The translations under genes and the position numbers were made by a program. Positions 1 to 9,669 of a stretch of 64,000 bases of DNA are shown here, in pieces. A model generated the notes under the pieces. That model saw only the letters and a program-made list of their open reading frames with translations. It ran no database searches and was not told where the DNA came from. The stretch covers positions 1-64,000 of the IMG/VR virus record IMGVR_UViG_3300032294_002797; one strand, written 5' to 3'. Position 1 is the first letter of the stretch; every line of letters starts with the position of its first letter.

Positions 1-131
1 TAAAAAATATCTACAGGACGATCACTAGCATTAAAATCTGTGGTACAAACATACTTAATAGGAACGCCATCTTTCTCAGAATAATGGCTTACAACAAAAT
101 CTATATTAGTGACCGGAAAATGCTTAATCAT
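1..131 (-). CDS. hypothetical phage protein (partial, runs off window)
   Basis: ATG at 131 overlaps the end of the upstream gene; open frame MIKHFPVTNIDFVVSHYSEKDGVP... to window edge. Confidence 0.6.
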   Translation of the reverse strand, partial: MIKHFPVTNIDFVVSHYSEKDGVPIKYVCTTDFNASDRPVDIF

Positions 132-417
132 TTTTAGATTTCTCTAATTGTTCTATTAATTCATTTCGCCTATGATGCCATAACCTAGCCAATCCTAGAC
201 AGTTATCAGTATATCCTGTTGTGTTGGGATTGTCAAATACAAAATCGGCCAACGCCTCACTTAACTTTAAAATATCATCCTGTCCCAATCTGTGAGTAGT
301 ATATCCATCATATCCATAAATTCTCAAATCATATGGCTTATTAGTGATATTAGGATTATGATGAATTTCCACTAACAGATCATCAATAACTATAGTTTGT
401 TTTTTATAGTCGCTCAT
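124..417 (-). CDS. hypothetical protein
   Basis: ORF in packed leftward run; start moved to MSDYKK. Confidence 0.65.
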   Translation of the reverse strand: MSDYKKQTIVIDDLLVEIHHNPNITNKPYDLRIYGYDGYTTHRLGQDDILKLSEALADFVFDNPNTTGYTDNCLGLARLWHHRRNELIEQLEKSKND

Positions 418-649
418 TATGTTTTTTCCCAAGAACTTTTTCACTATAATCTAAAACCTTTTCTCCATTTTTAAATTCTATCAAAGAGTTAAAGTTAGAC
501 AATAATTTAATTTCTATATCTTCGGCTGTAATCTTGTAGTCTTTAAATTTTTTAGGATTCTTTTTGTTATAGACCCTAAAAAAATGACACTTATCAAAAG
601 GACTATAAAGTAAAAAGCCCTTTACTCCTTTGGCAGATTTTTCTTTCAT
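404..649 (-). CDS. hypothetical protein
   Basis: ORF in packed leftward run. Confidence 0.65.
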   Translation of the reverse strand: MKEKSAKGVKGFLLYSPFDKCHFFRVYNKKNPKKFKDYKITAEDIEIKLLSNFNSLIEFKNGEKVLDYSEKVLGKKHNERL

Positions 650-685
650 ATAATTTTATTCTAAAACTTAGTTTGAATATTTTTC

Positions 686-697
686 GGTGTAATACTA
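686..697 (+). promoter_or_regulatory. putative late promoter (GGTGTA motif)
   Basis: Same motif precedes all four antisense HNH genes and several structural genes. Confidence 0.5.
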
Positions 698-701
698 TAC
701 T

Positions 702-795
702 AGGGTGTGGGTAGACACTCTTATAACAGATCAATTTATGATACTGGACGCCCAAATGATTGTCAACTACCCTTGACTTTTGTTTGGGTTGTCTT
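702..795 (+). ncRNA. structured RNA leader, kissing-loop motif copy 1
   Basis: Hairpin 702-721 (loop GGGTAG) and hairpin 746-795 (loop CTACCC); loops are complementary; homologous covarying copy at 10603. Confidence 0.7.
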
Positions 796-810
796 GTTTA
801 TATAGATAAA

Positions 811-1536
811 ATGAAAACAAAAATTTGTGGATCATGTAAAGTTGAGAAATCTATTGAAAGATTTTGTAAAGATAGTAGAAAAAAATCTGGATTATGTAGT
901 CAGTGTAAAGATTGTCGAAAAAAATATAATGATAACAATAAAGAAAAAAGACAAAAATATTATGAAGAAAACAAAGAACTAATATCTTTAAAAAATAAAA
1001 TATATAGATGTTCTAATAAAGAAAAATTAGATAAATACTATCAAAAACATAAAAAAAGACACAATGAATATTCTAAACGATGGTATCATTCTCATAAAGA
1101 ATCACAATCAAAATACAATAAAGAATGGAGAGAAAAAAACAAAGATAGACATCATGCAAATTATATAAAATGGAAAAATAAAAACCAAAAATATTTAAAA
1201 AAATATAGAAGAAAAAGAAGAAAACAGCCAACAGTTAAATTGATAGATAATGTAAGAAGAAGAATCAATAGTATGATTAAAAATAAGAGTAAACATTCAA
1301 TAGATTATTTAGGTATAGATATAAAATCATATAAGAAATATTTAGAAAATTTATTCCAAAAAGGTATGACTTGGAAAAATTATGGAGTTAAAGGATGGCA
1401 TATCGACCACATTATCCCACTATCTTCTGCAAAAAATGAAAAAGAATTGATTAAATTATTCCACTATTCAAATACTAGGCCTTTGTGGGCTAAAGATAAT
1501 CTAATTAAATCAAATCGTCATCCTCATACTTTTTAA
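811..1536 (+). CDS. HNH/endonuclease VII-like homing endonuclease with N-terminal Zn finger
   Basis: CxxC...CxxC N-terminus, Lys/Arg-rich linker, WHIDHIIPL...FHYSNTRPLWAKDN His-Me motif; antisense to neighbours. Confidence 0.85.
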   Translation: MKTKICGSCKVEKSIERFCKDSRKKSGLCSQCKDCRKKYNDNNKEKRQKYYEENKELISLKNKIYRCSNKEKLDKYYQKHKKRHNEYSKRWYHSHKESQSKYNKEWREKNKDRHHANYIKWKNKNQKYLKKYRRKRRKQPTVKLIDNVRRRINSMIKNKSKHSIDYLGIDIKSYKKYLENLFQKGMTWKNYGVKGWHIDHIIPLSSAKNEKELIKLFHYSNTRPLWAKDNLIKSNRHPHTF

Positions 1537-1813
1537 TAAGCCAACCTAATTTCATTAAATCAAACCGTACTTCATCGGTAACTTTCCCCTCGCAGCCACA
1601 TGCATACCAATCCATATAATCTCCTTTTTTTATAAGATCAGATATAATTCCACCGGCATATCGCCATGAGCAAGTCCATTCTTTATCATTGTAAAAAAAT
1701 CTATTATTACACAAAGAACAGTATAGGTCTTTACAATATCTAAATGAGTTTATACATTTATCTTGTATCTCTTTGCTATTAATCAAATCTTTTTCTAAGT
1801 CTGGTTGATTCAT
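1505..1813 (-). CDS. hypothetical protein
   Basis: ORF in leftward run; 3' end overlaps the HNH gene convergently. Confidence 0.7.
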   Translation of the reverse strand: MNQPDLEKDLINSKEIQDKCINSFRYCKDLYCSLCNNRFFYNDKEWTCSWRYAGGIISDLIKKGDYMDWYACGCEGKVTDEVRFDLMKLGWLIKKYEDDDLI

Positions 1814-2037
1814 AAGTCAATATTAATATTATGTTCGTTCAATAGTCTATAAAACTCTTCACGAATTTTATCTAAAGCATCATCTGCATCTTTAAAATCA
1901 TGATGATACTTGTACCAACTTCTTAATTGCTGACTAAAATCCCACAAAAAAGACTGTACTTTGGGTGCTTGAGTAGCAATTTCATACTCTCTTTGATCTT
2001 CTGGCAAATTAAATTCTAATATACTTTTCATGTCCAA
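1810..2037 (-). CDS. hypothetical protein
   Basis: Overlapping start/stop coupling. Confidence 0.7.
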   Translation of the reverse strand: MDMKSILEFNLPEDQREYEIATQAPKVQSFLWDFSQQLRSWYKYHHDFKDADDALDKIREEFYRLLNEHNINIDL

Positions 2038-2813
2038 ATACTGTGTCTTATCTTGATTAATTCGATAAGTTTTTCAGTATCCTCGTTGTCGTATTGTTCT
2101 TCTATTTTTTCTAATTTAGCTAAAGCGTTTTTAAGTTTTTTAGTATCTTTGGTAGATTTTCTATCAAAACATTCGTCTACTTTAGTATATCCGCTCAAAT
2201 CTTGAGGGTCTTTTCTTTTTGGTCTAGTAACTGTCCACCAAGTATAAAGTTCTTTAATTTGTTTAGCGGCTATTGCTTGCGGGGTTGGTTTATTATAATT
2301 TGGATCGGTTTTATCTTTGCACCAATCTTTTCCATAGGTCAATCTTGACGCCCAGTTTAAATGATCTAATCCGGCTTTTGGACAGCGACCATTAACGAAC
2401 TTATATTTATTTTTGTTTTTGCTGCTCCATCTGCTCATAGATGCCAGTTCTACTTCTACATAATCAACCAGTTCATAGAAAAGACCGTGCAATATTTTTG
2501 TGTCAAAATCATAATACTGTCCCGGTTTGAGTCCTGTATTAACAAGATGACACTTATCTATCCATCGATTTTTTACATAGGTCTTTATGGAATAATAAAG
2601 ATCACTAGGATAATAAACAATGTCTTGAAGTTTCTTGAAGCCGGTTTCAACAATCCAATATCGTATAGGATGCTTTTGTGCAGCGTCTTTGTGCCATTCA
2701 TCCCACTCTGCCCAGCCAAGAGCATACGGTTTTTTTGATCCGCGAATATAATCCGCAAATTTTCCACTGTTCCAGTAATGTATTCGGCTTCTACGCATAT
2801 TCATTTTCTTCAA
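2028..2813 (-). CDS. hypothetical protein
   Basis: 261-aa ORF; start uncertain (2813/2804/2798). Confidence 0.8.
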   Translation of the reverse strand: MKKMNMRRSRIHYWNSGKFADYIRGSKKPYALGWAEWDEWHKDAAQKHPIRYWIVETGFKKLQDIVYYPSDLYYSIKTYVKNRWIDKCHLVNTGLKPGQYYDFDTKILHGLFYELVDYVEVELASMSRWSSKNKNKYKFVNGRCPKAGLDHLNWASRLTYGKDWCKDKTDPNYNKPTPQAIAAKQIKELYTWWTVTRPKRKDPQDLSGYTKVDECFDRKSTKDTKKLKNALAKLEKIEEQYDNEDTEKLIELIKIRHSIWT

Positions 2814-2976
2814 AAATTATTTCGACAAATTCATTACCATCCTCATCCTTTTGGATAAGTTCATTGTCTATAGTCTGAACCATATCATAGTCTCGTATAA
2901 CTACCTCTATTCCTTCTGGAATATTAATAGGATCAACAATACCACCATCAACTTTAAGAATAATTTGTTTGGTCAT
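2791..2976 (-). CDS. hypothetical protein
   Basis: Small acidic ORF in packed run. Confidence 0.65.
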   Translation of the reverse strand: MTKQIILKVDGGIVDPINIPEGIEVVIRDYDMVQTIDNELIQKDEDGNEFVEIIFEENEYA

Positions 2977-3184
2977 AGTTCTCGCTTTCGTTTTGACTGT
3001 TGATAAACTCTCTTATATCATTATTAAATTCTTCTTGTTCTTTACCTAAAACAACAGCAGCATGATACAAAATATGATCTCTGGGATCATTACCTTCCTC
3101 AATATATTCTTGATAACTAATTTGCTCACAATCGCTGTCAAAAATATAATGAGCACATTCTTCAGCAGCAGTTCTAAAGTTCAT
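2954..3184 (-). CDS. hypothetical protein
   Basis: RBS GGAGA, directly downstream of promoter 3211-3239. Confidence 0.7.
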   Translation of the reverse strand: MNFRTAAEECAHYIFDSDCEQISYQEYIEEGNDPRDHILYHAAVVLGKEQEEFNNDIREFINSQNESENYDQTNYS

Positions 3185-3210
3185 AATCTGTTCTCCAAGG
3201 GTTTAGGATT

Positions 3211-3239
3211 AGTATACCATACTTATCGGCTACTGTCAA
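3211..3239 (-). promoter_or_regulatory. sigma70-type early promoter with CCGATA spacer box
   Basis: TTGACA-gtagCCGATAagtatgg-TATACT (17-bp spacer). Confidence 0.8.
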
Positions 3240-3249
3240 GAGAAACTTT

Positions 3250-3283
3250 AAAAAATAGCGGGAGACAGTGAATCCCCCGCTAT
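3250..3283 (-). terminator. intrinsic terminator
   Basis: ATAGCGGG...CCCGCTAT hairpin followed by T-run, just after the Hsp20 stop. Confidence 0.75.
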
Positions 3284-3297
3284 CTTTATTACAATAC

Positions 3298-3798
3298 TCA
3301 TCCTTCTTTAATTTTCAATCGCTTAACTTTACTTTGAGGCTGTTCAGTTGCGGCCAAAGCAAATGTTAGTGTTAATATACCATCTTTTAATGTGGTAACT
3401 GGATCTTTATTTTCTAAATCAGACGGCAATCTAACAACACGCCTAAATTCTTGACCACTCAATTCTCTAATTTGATAATCTTCTGTTTTCCCGAGATAAT
3501 CTTCATGCAAAAATCCGCTAACAGTCAATAATCGTCCCTGTTCATCCTCTGATAATTCTACTGTCAAATCATCCAACTTCACACCGGGAACGGTATATCT
3601 CAAAATTAAATCAGATTCATTTCTTACAGCATCCATCAAGGGATAGCCCCGTCCCTTTTTGCTCAATCCTGCAAAAAAATCATGCCCAAAAATATTATTC
3701 ATAGCATGATCTAGTTCTTTACTAATCTCAGAAAAAAGATCAACACGGCGAGGGGCAAGATAGCCGTTAGAATTAGTAGGACGATATAGCATATTCAT
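3298..3798 (-). CDS. small heat shock protein (Hsp20/alpha-crystallin)
   Basis: YPLMDAVR...VPGVKLDDLTVE...FRRVVRLP...LKDGILTLT signature; GGAGG RBS. Confidence 0.9.
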   Translation of the reverse strand: MNMLYRPTNSNGYLAPRRVDLFSEISKELDHAMNNIFGHDFFAGLSKKGRGYPLMDAVRNESDLILRYTVPGVKLDDLTVELSEDEQGRLLTVSGFLHEDYLGKTEDYQIRELSGQEFRRVVRLPSDLENKDPVTTLKDGILTLTFALAATEQPQSKVKRLKIKEG

Positions 3799-3911
3799 AT
3801 TAACCTCCGTTACAAACTAAAACTTAGTTTAACATTGTAAAATTAGCCCATTATTATGGCACTAATAGATTCACGCGAATCCGAAATATAATATATACTC
3901 AAAATACTTTG

Positions 3912-4586
3912 TCAAGATACTATCAAATTGACTTGACCATTTTTAATGGTAATATATGAACAATTCTTATCTGTCCATGATCCTGTATTATAGTATTCAA
4001 TCTGACCATTAGTATTTACTAGAGGTAAATGAGTATGTCCACAAATCACACCGTTTACATTGTGTAATGATCCGTACAATTTAGCCTTTTCGCAAATTAT
4101 TTCAGAACATCTTAAAAATGTTTTGCTGTTATTTTTTGCTAGAGTTGAATAATAAAAATCTGTAGAAAAATAAGCGTCTATATACTGTATCGCTCTATAA
4201 AAATAGTCAGCACATTTTGTTAATACGGGATGGTTAGTAATGAATCTATCGAAAATATCACCATGCAATATTAAAAAAACTTTGTCTCTGCTTTTGATTG
4301 TATATTCATTAACAAATAATGAACCTATCAAATGAGAAATATCTTCTGACCCATCGTGATTACCTTTAATCCACACTATTTTTGTGTGTTTAGAAATTTT
4401 ACGAAAAGTTGCCAATATATCCCAATGGTTTTGTTTTAATCTTTTAAAGTTAAGGCTGTCAAACAAGTCTCCATTTATAATTAGTTCTTTTGTGGGCGGC
4501 AATGAGGATAAAAATTGTTGTATTTGCTTAACTCTGCAAATATTACTACCCAAATGCAGATCACTAATAATAATAGAATCGTACAT
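3912..4586 (-). CDS. calcineurin-like metallophosphoesterase (LpxH-like)
   Basis: SDLHLG, NGDLFD, GNHD, HGD, GHTH and NTGSW motifs. Confidence 0.85.
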   Translation of the reverse strand: MYDSIIISDLHLGSNICRVKQIQQFLSSLPPTKELIINGDLFDSLNFKRLKQNHWDILATFRKISKHTKIVWIKGNHDGSEDISHLIGSLFVNEYTIKSRDKVFLILHGDIFDRFITNHPVLTKCADYFYRAIQYIDAYFSTDFYYSTLAKNNSKTFLRCSEIICEKAKLYGSLHNVNGVICGHTHLPLVNTNGQIEYYNTGSWTDKNCSYITIKNGQVNLIVS

Positions 4587-4761
4587 TATTTATTTTCTAG
4601 AAATCTGCTAATAAAACCAACTAATGTTTTAAGTTCTTCTTCACTTAGTTGTATAGTTTCCAGTTTAGCAGTATCTCTATCGTGAATCCACAAAGTAAAA
4701 TAATTTTCGCCTCTGGTTAATTTAATAACCTTATTGCATACTTCAAGAGTATCTAAGTATT

Positions 4762-5142
4762 TCATACTTTACAATTCTTAACGTAGATAATTCCACGCTT
4801 CTTAGGAGGATCAACAGGATTTTCAAATTTAGTAATATTACTAACTACCCACCCATATTTCTTTTTATCTTCATTCCAGTTATAAGATTTATCGTTTTCT
4901 TCTACTTTATGTCTATTATAGTCATCAGTCCAAGATTGTTTATCTGGATATTGAAAAGAATGACTAAAGGTTATAGTGCCGATTATTCTACTTTTAAATC
5001 GACCGTATTTCCCCGGAGTTTCTATTAGTGCTAACTCAATACCTTCCAGTCTTTTAGGCAGTGGGTACGAGCGTGTTTCAACGCTTTTCTCGCCATTGAT
5101 TAAAAGGGATGACCACGGTATTTGAATATTTAAACCTGTCAT
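4762..5142 (-). CDS. ASCH domain protein
   Basis: LNIQIPWSSLLINGEKSVETR matches the ASCH GxKxxExR motif. Confidence 0.8.
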   Translation of the reverse strand: MTGLNIQIPWSSLLINGEKSVETRSYPLPKRLEGIELALIETPGKYGRFKSRIIGTITFSHSFQYPDKQSWTDDYNRHKVEENDKSYNWNEDKKKYGWVVSNITKFENPVDPPKKRGIIYVKNCKV

Positions 5143-5143
5143 G

Positions 5144-5344
5144 TTACCAGTGACGTATGGTATTGGCTATGATAAAACCACACGTTATAAAATTGATTAG
5201 GATTATACATAATTTGATCCAAAATGCCGTCCATGCTTCTATTTGTGTTAAAATAGGAACATCTGGAGCATCATCATCTGTCTGACCAACTCTATGATCT
5301 ATTGCTCTTGCTAAAATCAGCAAAAACTTTTTTCTACTACGCAT
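5144..5344 (-). CDS. small membrane protein
   Basis: C-terminal hydrophobic helix. Confidence 0.65.
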   Translation of the reverse strand: MRSRKKFLLILARAIDHRVGQTDDDAPDVPILTQIEAWTAFWIKLCIILINFITCGFIIANTIRHW

Positions 5345-5525
5345 ATTTCTTTTGTTTATTCAGATGATTGAGGATGTTTATATATTTTTCAGCATCTTCC
5401 CTAGAATCAAACTCCGTAACAATAGTTTGTCCGTTACTCTTAGGAAGAAGAATGGGCTCGCCATTCTTTGTAACCACAAACTTATTACCCTTACTAATCA
5501 CGCCAAGTTTAGCACTCATTATCAA
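5337..5525 (-). CDS. hypothetical protein
   Basis: Packed ORF. Confidence 0.6.
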   Translation of the reverse strand: MIMSAKLGVISKGNKFVVTKNGEPILLPKSNGQTIVTEFDSREDAEKYINILNHLNKQKKYA

Positions 5526-5549
5526 CTTTCTCTAGTTAAAGGAATAAAA

Positions 5550-6032
5550 TTAACCGAATTGGGTCCATCTACGTTCTGTAATAATATCTTTAAATTTTTG
5601 TCCGGCAGGAGTTAGTTGAACCATACCTTCGACACAAAAAATACAACCATCCTTATCGCCAGGATTATCATAACGGTCGCCACCTTCTGTATCATAACTA
5701 TCAAAATACAAAGTCAAACCAGTCTTTTTGTTAAAGGACTTTTTTAGATTAGTAACGAGCATTTCATACTCTTGAAAAATATCTTCCACAATACTATCAA
5801 TATCCTTTTCAAGTCTAATAACAGGCTTAGACTTATCTTCCTCTATAGAAATATAAATTTCTTCTTTAATTTGGTCAGGATCATCCCAACTCAACCATTG
5901 ACCAATGCTTCCCCAACCAATATCTTTAAAATATTTAGCATTTTCAATAGCCTTAATTTCGTTAGGACAAATATTCTTCAAATCCTTATATTCAACAACA
6001 AAACTCCCAACTGCAAAACTTCCCATTCCCAT
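5550..6032 (-). CDS. hypothetical protein
   Basis: 160-aa ORF with GGAG RBS. Confidence 0.75.
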   Translation of the reverse strand: MGMGSFAVGSFVVEYKDLKNICPNEIKAIENAKYFKDIGWGSIGQWLSWDDPDQIKEEIYISIEEDKSKPVIRLEKDIDSIVEDIFQEYEMLVTNLKKSFNKKTGLTLYFDSYDTEGGDRYDNPGDKDGCIFCVEGMVQLTPAGQKFKDIITERRWTQFG

Positions 6033-6170
6033 AATATTTTACTCCAATTTACTTTGTAACTTCAATGCGCCACTTGTTGCCGTGCAATTCAGCAACAACG
6101 CCCATATTCAACTTAACAAGTTCTGCTACAATTTCAGCCAACTTTTGTGTCTCGTTCAGATATAGAAAAA

Positions 6171-6389
6171 TCACTGATTATTCTCCTTAGTCCAAGCCCG
6201 ACTATCTCGTATATAAAGAGCCACAGTATTAGCAGTGTTGTTTATACTATCATTTGCATCGTAATGAGCGGCTATAATATTCTTAATGGTATATTTTTCA
6301 TCGTCTGTAATATAACCATCATCAATATTACCATATTCCATATCAATATAATCAGCCACTTGATACATATATTCTTTAAGAGATTTCAT
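6171..6389 (-). CDS. hypothetical protein
   Basis: Packed ORF. Confidence 0.65.
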   Translation of the reverse strand: MKSLKEYMYQVADYIDMEYGNIDDGYITDDEKYTIKNIIAAHYDANDSINNTANTVALYIRDSRAWTKENNQ

Positions 6390-6576
6390 CTGTACTTTCC
6401 ATCAAACGATTGTCCAAATTATGAAAAAGATTATTAACATCATCAATCAAATAAGGATACCGATTTGGCAAACCAAATGCTTCTGTATTTTTCATAGAAA
6501 GAGATAAATTGTCCAAAGCATCTAAAATTATTTCCATATCATGTTTTTCGATGTAGTAATTCATAACATCCTCCAA
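6376..6576 (-). CDS. hypothetical protein
   Basis: Follows promoter 6589-6617; shares the DMEIILDAL motif with 15351..15536; true start probably a downstream ATG. Confidence 0.65.
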   Translation of the reverse strand: MEDVMNYYIEKHDMEIILDALDNLSLSMKNTEAFGLPNRYPYLIDDVNNLFHNLDNRLMESTDEIS

Positions 6577-6588
6577 GGTATGCGTTCA

Positions 6589-6617
6589 AGTATACCACTC
6601 TTATCGGCATTTGTCAA
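6589..6617 (-). promoter_or_regulatory. sigma70-type early promoter with CCGATA box
   Basis: TTGACA-aatgCCGATAagagtgg-TATACT. Confidence 0.8.
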
Positions 6618-6762
6618 CTGCCGTCTTTAGGGATTTTCTCTGTCCTCTAACTCATTCAGTTTAGTCTGTAAACTCTGAACCACAATAATATTCATTTCTA
6701 GTCTGTGTTTAATATCGGCCAATCACCATAAACACAAACAAATAAGACCAAATAAAACTATA

Positions 6763-6975
6763 TCAAATAGTAGTTGACTCATTCTCTCTTTTCCATTCAT
6801 TAAAACAAATCTCTGCTCTTTCTGGGGTTTGACATTGATATATTACTTCATAGATTGGTCTACGTACTCCAAAATCACCTAGAGTAAAATAATTGGTAAC
6901 TCTTACAATCTCACTATAAAAAACAGTCTCATTACCTTGATGAACCCCAAGTATTTCTGTCCAAGATTTACTCAT
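6763..6975 (-). CDS. hypothetical protein
   Basis: GGAGA RBS. Confidence 0.6.
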   Translation of the reverse strand: MSKSWTEILGVHQGNETVFYSEIVRVTNYFTLGDFGVRRPIYEVIYQCQTPERAEICFNEWKRENESTTI

Positions 6976-7401
6976 TTCTTTTCTCCGTTAGGATTATAAA
7001 GAGTGGTACTCATTAGAAAATATTCTTTACTATCAAAATGTTCTTCGCCCCAATCTAATGCTTTTTCGCCATCGTCAAATGGACCAAAGTATTTTGTTTT
7101 TTCTTTTTCATCGACAACTATTAGTATAAATTTCATTTGTTTTCACCATATTTTTTAAAGGTCGCATAAATAGTAACACAAATAGCAATAGATTGAATAG
7201 CGTACCAGAAGTATAGTTCGTTCATTATCTCATCAAGGCCCATACTTACCATCGCTAAATCCCTCCTTATACCCATCATCGTATGCTTTTTCTATAACTA
7301 TTCTGAGTAAAGCCAATAATTCTTTAGGAATAGTTAGATTCTTGTTTCCTACAACAATTTGATTTATATTATGCTTTTCTATCCAATCGTCAAATTCTTT
7401 A

Positions 7402-7590
7402 TTATTCATTTATTACTCCAAACTCAGGATCATATATAGTTTTACCAAACCATTCATAAATTCTAAACCATCTCCAATTTTCTTTTCTATATTCTTTTTG
7501 ATGAGCCGCATTATATTTTAAAGTCATACCATTGGGACCAAACTGCCAATGATAAGTACCAAATCTTATATTAAACCATAAATTACTCAT
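7402..7590 (-). CDS. hypothetical protein
   Basis: Packed ORF. Confidence 0.6.
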   Translation of the reverse strand: MSNLWFNIRFGTYHWQFGPNGMTLKYNAAHQKEYRKENWRWFRIYEWFGKTIYDPEFGVINE

Positions 7591-7618
7591 AATGTATTCC
7601 CTATTTTATTGTCAAATT

Positions 7619-7834
7619 TTAGTAAACCCACTCATTTAAATTAATTATTTCATACCAATCATAAACTTCGCCAGTTGGAATATATACATAGGCTTTTTCA
7701 TAATTATCATTTTGGCGAATAATTTCTACAACAGAATCTTGGGCTTCTTTTAGAGAAGAAAATGTTGATATCCAACTTTCACTTCCTAATCTTAGGTAAC
7801 GATTTTTTCCCATAGTTAATAGATAAAGTTTCAT
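7619..7834 (-). CDS. hypothetical protein
   Basis: ATGA coupling with upstream gene. Confidence 0.65.
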   Translation of the reverse strand: MKLYLLTMGKNRYLRLGSESWISTFSSLKEAQDSVVEIIRQNDNYEKAYVYIPTGEVYDWYEIINLNEWVY

Positions 7835-8055
7835 TTGTTTTTCTTATAAGTTAGGGGTGCTGGATGCTGTTTCCATTCTGTTGCTGCAACCAATTCGCCC
7901 GCCTCATTAATTACCATTTTAGTTTTGTTGTCTTCTTCTTTCACAATATAAACTGCCTCACCAGTTTCAGTATCAGCCCAAACTACCCAATTTAATGGAT
8001 AACCATTAGCATCAAAAACGGAATATAAACAATGTTCGGGAACTTTAAGTATCAT
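7831..8055 (-). CDS. hypothetical protein
   Basis: GGAGA RBS. Confidence 0.65.
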   Translation of the reverse strand: MILKVPEHCLYSVFDANGYPLNWVVWADTETGEAVYIVKEEDNKTKMVINEAGELVAATEWKQHPAPLTYKKNK

Positions 8056-8063
8056 TTTTTCTC

Positions 8064-8591
8064 CTATTGATTCACAGAATTAATGAAATTCTCAAGATTT
8101 TGAATATAATCTACTAATTCTGGAATAGTATTTAAATATCCGTGTCTAATAACAGCACTATACATATTAGTATTTTTTGCTCCTTCAATATCTCCAAATG
8201 TTGGATTAGCAGTAACCATCAATGTTTCTGTTGGCTTAAAGTTTGTGTCTTTTTCTATGGTCTTATAAGCATCAAAATGAGGTTTGTACACTTTGTGTTT
8301 ATTTAAGTTAATAATATAGTTCCAATAAATATTGTTAGATTCTGATATGCTTTTGATTAAATCATAAGAACCATTGCTTAATGCTACACAATAATATCCA
8401 TTACCTTGCAAGAGTTTTATTCCTGCTGCACTATCTTCGTGGGCTGTTAAAGCATACCAACTATTAGGGAAAGAATATGGGGAAAAATCTTTTTTATTTA
8501 CATGATCTACATAGTCTTGTATTTCTTGTCTAGATATATTTCTCATATCAAAAACAGTACCAAAACAATCAAAAGCAATACATTTAATCAT
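8064..8591 (-). CDS. HAD-superfamily hydrolase (haloacid dehalogenase-like)
   Basis: FDCFGT motif I, LSNG, YKP, GDIEGA. Confidence 0.85.
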   Translation of the reverse strand: MIKCIAFDCFGTVFDMRNISRQEIQDYVDHVNKKDFSPYSFPNSWYALTAHEDSAAGIKLLQGNGYYCVALSNGSYDLIKSISESNNIYWNYIINLNKHKVYKPHFDAYKTIEKDTNFKPTETLMVTANPTFGDIEGAKNTNMYSAVIRHGYLNTIPELVDYIQNLENFINSVNQ

Positions 8592-8793
8592 TATTTTTTT
8601 TCAACATAAAAACAGAATCATTAATTATTCCCTTGGTCATATAAACGGTATCACCGTTGTCCGTTGCAAAATGCAAATAGTCCATTTTATGGAGTTCTTT
8701 AACAAGATTCAACATTTCATCATGTGTTTTTTCATCATATTCTGCACTTTTACCATGAAACACACCATGCTTTGTATAAACTTCAAGTCTCAT
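8584..8793 (-). CDS. hypothetical protein
   Basis: Start moved to MRLEVY. Confidence 0.6.
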   Translation of the reverse strand: MRLEVYTKHGVFHGKSAEYDEKTHDEMLNLVKELHKMDYLHFATDNGDTVYMTKGIINDSVFMLKKNND

Positions 8794-9019
8794 TTTTTCC
8801 CTTTTGTTGTTCTGGACTAAAATAATCACATGCTGAATCAATAATAGTTTGTGCGGCCTCTTTGGCAATTTCAACAGTAGCAAGTTTGTCTATAGTCTTT
8901 GATGCTTTCTCAAACGCAAGAGAATATATTTTTTCTGAAAAACGCGATACAAGACCATCGATCCAATCTACTGCTTCTCTGGACATGCGTAGTTCTTTAG
9001 TTTTATTGAATTCAGTCAT
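8783..9019 (-). CDS. hypothetical protein
   Basis: Packed ORF, predicted helical. Confidence 0.6.
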   Translation of the reverse strand: MTEFNKTKELRMSREAVDWIDGLVSRFSEKIYSLAFEKASKTIDKLATVEIAKEAAQTIIDSACDYFSPEQQKGKNET

Positions 9020-9300
9020 CTATTTTTTCCTTTTAATCAACAGAATTTCTTTAAAATATAAGTTATAGCAGTCATATATACTAGCGCCCATAAAAGATTA
9101 TATTCTAATTTAGAAATAGTTATTGTATTCGTTGGTTTATTCGTTGTTTTATACATAACACTTGATTTCTTCGCCATTTTTCATAGTAATTAGCATATAG
9201 TTTTCGGCTAATGGTCCGTCTTGGAAAACATAATGAACAGACTGAATAGGACAATTTTCTGTTTTGGTTAATAGGATTAGATAATCGTATAGTTCATTCA

Positions 9301-9666
9301 TTAATAATCCTGTCTGTCATACAATTCTGGATATTCTTTAGTTAGTTTATCTCTAGGATCAAAATCTTGATTAAATTCTTCACAAACAAAAGCGTAAAAT
9401 TCATATCCTTCATATTCGCTCTCTTGATAACGCCCTTCTTGTTTGTCATATTTAACAACAAGTTCTTTTAGTTTATTTAGGAATTCGTTTTGATGAATAT
9501 GTTTTTCAACCTTTTCTCTATAAAGTTGTATTTCTTCTTCATTTAATTGATGCCAATAAATATCCGCCTCGTCCCTAATTTTGTCGGCTTTTGCACCCTC
9601 TAATTCTTCATCATTCATAGAGTATAATAGTTTCCAACATTCAAAAAGTTTATTTAGATTGCTCAT
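9301..9666 (-). CDS. hypothetical protein
   Basis: 121-aa ORF. Confidence 0.7.
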   Translation of the reverse strand: MSNLNKLFECWKLLYSMNDEELEGAKADKIRDEADIYWHQLNEEEIQLYREKVEKHIHQNEFLNKLKELVVKYDKQEGRYQESEYEGYEFYAFVCEEFNQDFDPRDKLTKEYPELYDRQDY

Positions 9667-9669
9667 GAT

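Noticed and set aside
702-795. HEARO/omegaRNA with IscB
   Set aside because: GTCAACTACCC looks superficially similar, but the RNA is only about 95 nt and the protein lacks PLMP and RuvC motifs
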